Part shown: piece by piece, positions 57,002-64,000 of the stretch | Position numbering within the stretch: position 1 is the first letter of the stretch | Layout: every line of letters begins with the position of its first letter | Source of the DNA: Eledone cirrhosa | Taxonomy: Eukaryota | NCBI GenBank assembly: GCA_964016885.1 | Contig: OZ024740.1 | Coordinates: 186,000,001 to 186,064,000, forward strand | Length of the DNA stretch: 64,000 bases | Reading direction: 5' to 3' | Translations under genes and position numbers: made by a program | Notes under the pieces: model-generated | Database searches by the model: none | What the model was told of the DNA's origin: nothing | What the model saw: only the letters and a program-made list of their open reading frames with translations

Positions 57002-57032
<31 letters not shown>

Positions 57033-57042
57033 ATATATATAT

Positions 57043-57520
57043 ATTTATGGGGTTAACCGAACAGAGATGTGCGGACCATATTATCGTCTGTCGGTTGGGA
57101 AGAAGATAAAAAGATGCGCTCAATGACCTCTATAAATGGGGCAAGTCGGAGCATTATATATTAATAAAGGATCGAAGACCATATTCAGTTATTCAGATTT
57201 ATTTAAAACTCAGTTATACATATTTAGCTGACGACTGTCAGTTATGATAGCCTGAGCTCTTCAGACGGCAAAGCCTAGAATGAATATTGAAAGTTCCTAA
57301 GGCATCTTTAAATTAGGAAATATCCAATAATTTCCACGAAAGATATTTTATTTCCATGATATAGGGGGCCGGCCGAAAGCGTGGGGTTGTATCTTCGACG
57401 GAGCCGGCCGCAAACAGGAACACAAACCCTCCATGTCAATTTTACTTTTGAAAATCATGAGAATTGTGTAACCAGTAAAGTAAATAAATAAATATTCTTA
57501 AAAGACTTCAGTTGCATTTC
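57043..57520 (-). mobile_element. PLE-like 3' end with decayed HHR (about 57210-57268)
   Basis: Minus strand cgt-ctgaaga-gct...agc-taaa-t(atgt)a-ta-actg...aataaa; GAAA mutated to UAAA. Confidence 0.5.
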
Positions 57521-57594
57521 CAAATTATTTTCCTTATACATTTGTCTGTGTGGGACATCTCGTTTTTTTCTGGTTTTATTTTTCTAAACCTCAT

Positions 57595-57627
<33 letters not shown>

Positions 57628-57659
57628 TTCTCCCCCCCCCCTCTCTCTCTCTCTCGCTC

Positions 57660-57720
<61 letters not shown>

Positions 57721-57724
<4 letters not shown>

Positions 57725-57940
57725 GGTGTAACTTGGAGTTACTGTAGGTTCACTCGGGTGAGTATCGATGTTTAGGTTCACTTCTGTGTCGAGCATTTTA
57801 AGGGGTCCGTCGAGCTGCGGATTATAGAGTCGGGTAAGATCGATACAGATTGAACCTTGAGCTGATCAGTGGCGAAACGCGCGTCATCTACCAATAAATG
57901 TAATGAAGGAGTAGCCAATCGTCGTGGTTATCTTTTCAAT
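57721..57940 (+). mobile_element. Family E mini-element, second copy
   Basis: Aligns to 11625-11828 (agagtcggg..agatcgatac...ttgagctgatcagtggcgaaac...ccaataaa..taatgaaggagta). Confidence 0.8.
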
Positions 57941-57952
57941 ATATGTATATAT

Positions 57953-58515
<563 letters not shown>

Positions 58516-58644
58516 AGCAAAAAAGTGTTGGTAAAATCCAGTACTTCAGTGTGCGGATAGAGAGCACTCAACGAAGATATACATTTCGGATTTATAATAG
58601 TGACGAAACACAAGTCAATTGTATGAACTCATAATCCTTTATTT

Positions 58645-58702
58645 ACCGCTATATATATATTTCGATGATAGCCATTGTATAGCTATGACCTCATCAGGCA
58701 GT
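58645..58702 (-). ncRNA. Type I hammerhead ribozyme, canonical core (family I)
   Basis: ACUGC-CUGAUGA-GGUCAUAGCUA...UGGCUAUCAUC-GAAA-UAUAUAUA-UA-GCGGU. Confidence 0.87.
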
Positions 58703-58818
58703 CAGTAAGTTCTTAGATATGCCAGCTCTGGGTTTTTGGTGCCTGGGACATTTATGTCCCAAGGTTCTAAAACCATCAACACCAAAAACCCAGAGCTGGC
58801 ATATCTAAGAACCTACTG

Positions 58819-58872
58819 ACCGGCTGATGAGGTCATAGCCATACAATGGGTATCATAGAAATGTATAGCGGT
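58819..58872 (+). ncRNA. Hammerhead (family I), more mutated arm
   Basis: accgg-CTGATGA-ggtcatagcca...tgggtatcata-GAAA-tgta-TA-gcggt. Confidence 0.7.
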
Positions 58873-58927
58873 AAATAAAGGATTATGAGCTCATACAATT
58901 GACTTATGTTTCGTCACTCTATTTACA

Positions 58928-58967
<40 letters not shown>

Positions 58968-58974
<7 letters not shown>

Positions 58975-59192
58975 TAACAGATTAAAATTTAAGAAAAGAA
59001 TCGCTGCTTTCAGCCTTAACGGGATCTTCTGAAACTCAGAAAAGCCCATTTAAGGTGAAAGCAGCGATTCTTTACTTAAACTTTAATCTATTATTTTAAT
59101 AAATATTTGCTCTACGGTTTTTATATATTTTTATATATGTATTATCCGTATCGAGCCCTCTTCGGATATTAGTCTTCATATTTATTTTTATT
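58968..59192 (+). mobile_element. Family A palindromic mini-element
   Basis: Arms around 59036 plus the family A tail. Confidence 0.88.
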
Positions 59193-59209
59193 AATATATA
59201 TATATATAT

Positions 59210-59884
<675 letters not shown>

Positions 59885-60712
59885 TTAGGTATGATTATAC
59901 TCCGTTATGATACGTAACGTGAGAAATTTGTATCTAAAACTGATGGATTATCTATTTGGCAGTGCACAAAATATGATCAATAAGCACAAAGAAAAACTCA
60001 CAAAAGGTGAGAATATAGTATGCAACAGGTAAAGTTGTGTGGCTTTAATCATGTGTAATAACTTTTATAGCAGTAATAGGCAAAGGAATCTTTAACGAAA
60101 GATGGAAAAACTTACCAGCTTCCTTTAAAAGGAAGCATTACAATATACGATATAATTGAAGTAGATTTACATAAGCTAAAATAGGTTTATAAATGTTGCA
60201 ATACCATCATAGTATTTCGAAAACTGCATTTGAATGAAACTATTTCGTTGATATAGATTATCAAATTGTATCGAACCTGTTTAGGAAATCATTTCTTCAA
60301 TCTTTCCGTGTTCCTGAATAATTAAGTATAATGTATTAATCTTTTCTTTGCATCTTGTTTTATCGATATTAAATGCATATTATTAAGATACGTAATATAA
60401 TATCATAGTCTGTGTAATACATAAATACTTCCTTTCAGAGAACGCCATTCCCTTGTAGATCTATACCATGCTTAATAGCTATTAATGCAACACGATACCG
60501 ATCACACGCCTGAAATATCTGACCTTTGATATAATAAGGATAGCGCTTATAGGAGAAACAATTTCTTCTTTCACTTTCATTGTGCACTTCTATTAAAACA
60601 GAGCAAACTGATCCACTCCGTCTGAGTCTGAAACGGATCAATAATTAAAGAGCACTCCTACATAAACTGAAATAAACCATTGCTGGTATCTATCTATCTA
60701 TATATCTATCTA

Positions 60713-60789
<77 letters not shown>

Positions 60790-60910
60790 TGAGGTTACGA
60801 CAAGATTTTGATTAGTAGGAGTCATGATTGCAGGTTGGCGTTCGGTTTACGGCAATATGGACTGATTGGGGCAATAGTGGTCTTATTTATATATGTATAC
60901 GTTAGTATAA

Positions 60911-60948
<38 letters not shown>

Positions 60949-61740
60949 ATGTGCGTGTGTGTGCGTGTGTGTGCGTGTGTGTGTGTGTGTATACTATTTT
61001 GAGGTATTACAACATATATAGTATGTATGGTACTTATGTTTTTCAGTAGAAAAGTCAATGGTTATTTGCCCAGAACATCAATAACTCAATAATTAAAAGA
61101 CATATGTATAGAATGTATATAGAGAGAAAGAGCCGTATATCGTTTGAGAAACACAGAGTATGTACACATATATAGCACATAATGTTTAGGAAAGTATACA
61201 GACTTTAATGTGGAAAAACTCTTCTTTCCTTCTGACACCATGACAAAAATTGATCTAAATGATCAACCATCGATCACACACTATTGATTTTGTTAAAGCT
61301 TCGGGAGACGCAAATCAATCATCAATTGAAAACAAATGAATTCTCCTACTTAACGAAACGCCGGTGAATCATCTCTGCGCTGCTTCATCACCAGTGGATA
61401 GATCACTCTCAATTCAAATTCCCCATTATCAATAAAAAAGGATTTTACTATATTATATTACAAAATACTGCTAAAAAATTGGCCGTGGCAGGGGTGTCTT
61501 TGCTAATAAATGTACTAAGTTTTTATTGAATTCTAACCAAACTACAACAATCATCAAACTGTACGTGTATTTTCCCAAATGGTGATTTTCTACATGATCT
61601 ACTGGAAAACTATACAGTTTATTTGCAAACATTATGCCATACAATTGTTTATTTGCAAGGTATTATTATGTTGATAATTTATCACGTGACAAATTTCCAA
61701 TTGCCAAACCGCAAGGATGCATTAGAGCTTTAGGATAACA

Positions 61741-61831
<91 letters not shown>

Positions 61832-62169
61832 TCTATATATATATATATAAAGGCGGAAAGAGGGGGAGAGAGATGGGAAAAAGAAGGGTGGATTGTGTAT
61901 GTTTGTCTGTGCATGATGAACAAATGGTGTATCTCAATTTCAATTATTTTTTTAAATATTCATAAGTTGCACGATCTTTCGCCTGAATTTTGAATTAAGT
62001 CTGAGAGAAATATTGCTCTAATTATTCAACAATAAATATTTGATGTATTTTGAGAAAAAAACACTCATTTTCACTTAAGTAGCTTTTTGTAATATAGTGA
62101 GATTAAATGTTTACGTATACGAAAATAAGACAACGATATTTATTTGGAATCTATTTACGAGCACGACTC

Positions 62170-62436
62170 ATAAATAGCTAACATCCTTGCCGTACGTCTG
62201 TATCATCCTCGTTTGATTCCTGGACTGGGATTTGCATTGAGTTCTTGAGTAAAGCATTTTATTTCCCGTTGTTCCAGTACTAGAATCTAGGTGTCAGTAC
62301 TAGCAGTAGCTAGGGAGTTAAATATGCGATAGACAGGTGTTCTATCCAGAGAGTCCTGTAAACGCAGTCGCTTAACGCCAAGAAAATCGGGGTTAAACAC
62401 CGGCCTGATGGGTCTTCAGCTTAAAACAAACTTAAA
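62170..62436 (+). mobile_element. Old tRNA-derived SINE of a different (CORE/V/Meta-like) family
   Basis: B-box-like gtttgattcc, gttcttgagtaaagcatttt, gcgatagac...tatccag, agtcgcttaacgccaagaaaatcggg...ccggcctgatggg; recognised from memory of invertebrate SINE consensus only. Confidence 0.5.
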
Positions 62437-64000
62437 CTCTTAACCCTTGAAATACTATTTTGTGTAAATGTTTTCATTATTATTTTGATACATATTTGTG
62501 TATGAAAATTCGTAACACTGTTTCGTTATATGAAACATTTTGATTGCTGATGAAATTGTTCGTTCTCTATTTAAGGTTGCTTTTAGTGTAAGCATTCGAA
62601 CGTATTTTATTATGCTATATATTTTATTATATCTTCAATTTCACTTACGTGCGAATGTTGTTAAACGCCTAACACTCGAATATATGGCGTGACAAGTTCA
62701 ATAATATCATAGATAAATTGTGCGGAATAGGAGAATATGTAGACTGACGGAGGAAATCTCTTGCTATATGTATTTAGTCTACTTTATCAGTCCAACTGCT
62801 ACCAAAGTCAACCGACATTTCAACTAAAGCCTCTGCTTCAGTTGGCACGATATCATAAGGGTAGATGGGGATGAGATTGAATGCAGAATTTGCCAAAATT
62901 TCGGAGGTTTTGATAAGAAACCGCGGGGAGGATTCCTGCCTGATATATGTTTCAATGTACTTTCTTCAGGCTCATTGCCATGACTTGCATTCACAAGACA
63001 AAGAGTCTCTTCTCTGAAGAATTCCATGGCCCTGTACATTTATAAAAGCACTGTATAGCAGAATCGGAACGGCTTTTAGCAAAGATACCATGCAATTACA
63101 ATTTGATTTCAAAAGCCATTCATTTCGGATTCACTTGTTATCCTTCAAACATCGATAAAATGATTGTTCTACCGATTGTTTCAAATCTATTAACTTACCC
63201 GTATATTAAATTGTCAATTTGTTTACTGAAAAATTCAAGATTACAATCATTTCTTCAGCACTTTTTCGATTCCATTCACTAGTTGAAAAGGAAAGCTTTA
63301 TTTCCCAACCTCCACATATGTATTCTCCTGGGGTAATATAACGATACTGAAATCACTATACATTACAAAACATTTATAACGCCAGAATACTTTAGTAGGT
63401 AAGACAATGCTTCCTTTATTTTCCTATTTTATTATCTGCTTTTCATCGACGAAGCTCGAAATATTGAGCAGCCTTTACTTCTTATTTCGTCCCCCATCAC
63501 TTAACTTATATCATATACTGAAAATTTTGCTTTTTGATATTGCATTTTGATTCTTGCTTCCAATAACTTTTCATCATAGAAGATAACGAATTCAATCAAC
63601 AGCAAACGAGGATGATCTAGCTAGTAGTTTAAGATGCTAGAAATAACAGTCAAATAAGCTTCAAATGCCGTCTTAAAAAAGACACATTTGATAATATAAT
63701 CTGGTGGTCGCTATGCCTGAAAGCAACGAGCGAATGGTCCTAGCTGGAATGGTTTAGTCATAAGTTTGATCAAAGTGAGCTGATGTACGTCTAAACAACA
63801 CCAAAATAGCATATTGGATGGTGTAATTTGTGGAATGCTATTCTCAAAACAAACAAGATAGTCGAGATTGGAATGTTTTTTATCTTAGATCTGATCTATA
63901 AGACGCTGCTTAGTACAAAAGACCACATATAGCATTTCAAGCACTTGCAATCAAGGACGTTGCAACTCAAGAAGTAACTTTTATAAATAGCAACATAATC

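Noticed and set aside
62824-63039. 71 aa minus-strand ORF as a host exon
   Set aside because: No recognisable domain or supporting neighbouring exons; cannot be excluded without RNA-seq

Overview
AT-rich animal genomic DNA saturated with repeats. The (TA)n/(CA)n/(GA)n density, Nin-type tRNA SINEs and LINE mix resemble an octopus or other cephalopod; this is inference, not a database result. I found no host protein-coding exon, rRNA, tRNA gene or CRISPR array, and most ORFs in the track are microsatellite artefacts. Real coding remnants all come from retroelements: a near full-length but disrupted R4/Dong-type RLE LINE (44300-47835, -), two Tx1/L1-clade LINEs (about 47995-51630 and 51830-56424, +), several Penelope-like elements (PLEs) with GIY-YIG endonuclease remnants including two Naiad-type families, and RTE and CR1-like scraps. 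The main hidden signal is non-coding. By eye I count about 30 type I hammerhead ribozyme (HHR) motifs, intact or decayed, from a dozen or more sequence-unrelated families. Almost all sit in short elements inserted in (TA)n tracts, many folded back into asymmetric palindromes. Several have non-canonical cores (U3:A8 covariation in two families, a recurrent U4A variant, one lacking helix II). Unrelated families share a short GYACTCRAY motif in their unpaired tail. All structures were paired by hand and coordinates are approximate to a few bases.
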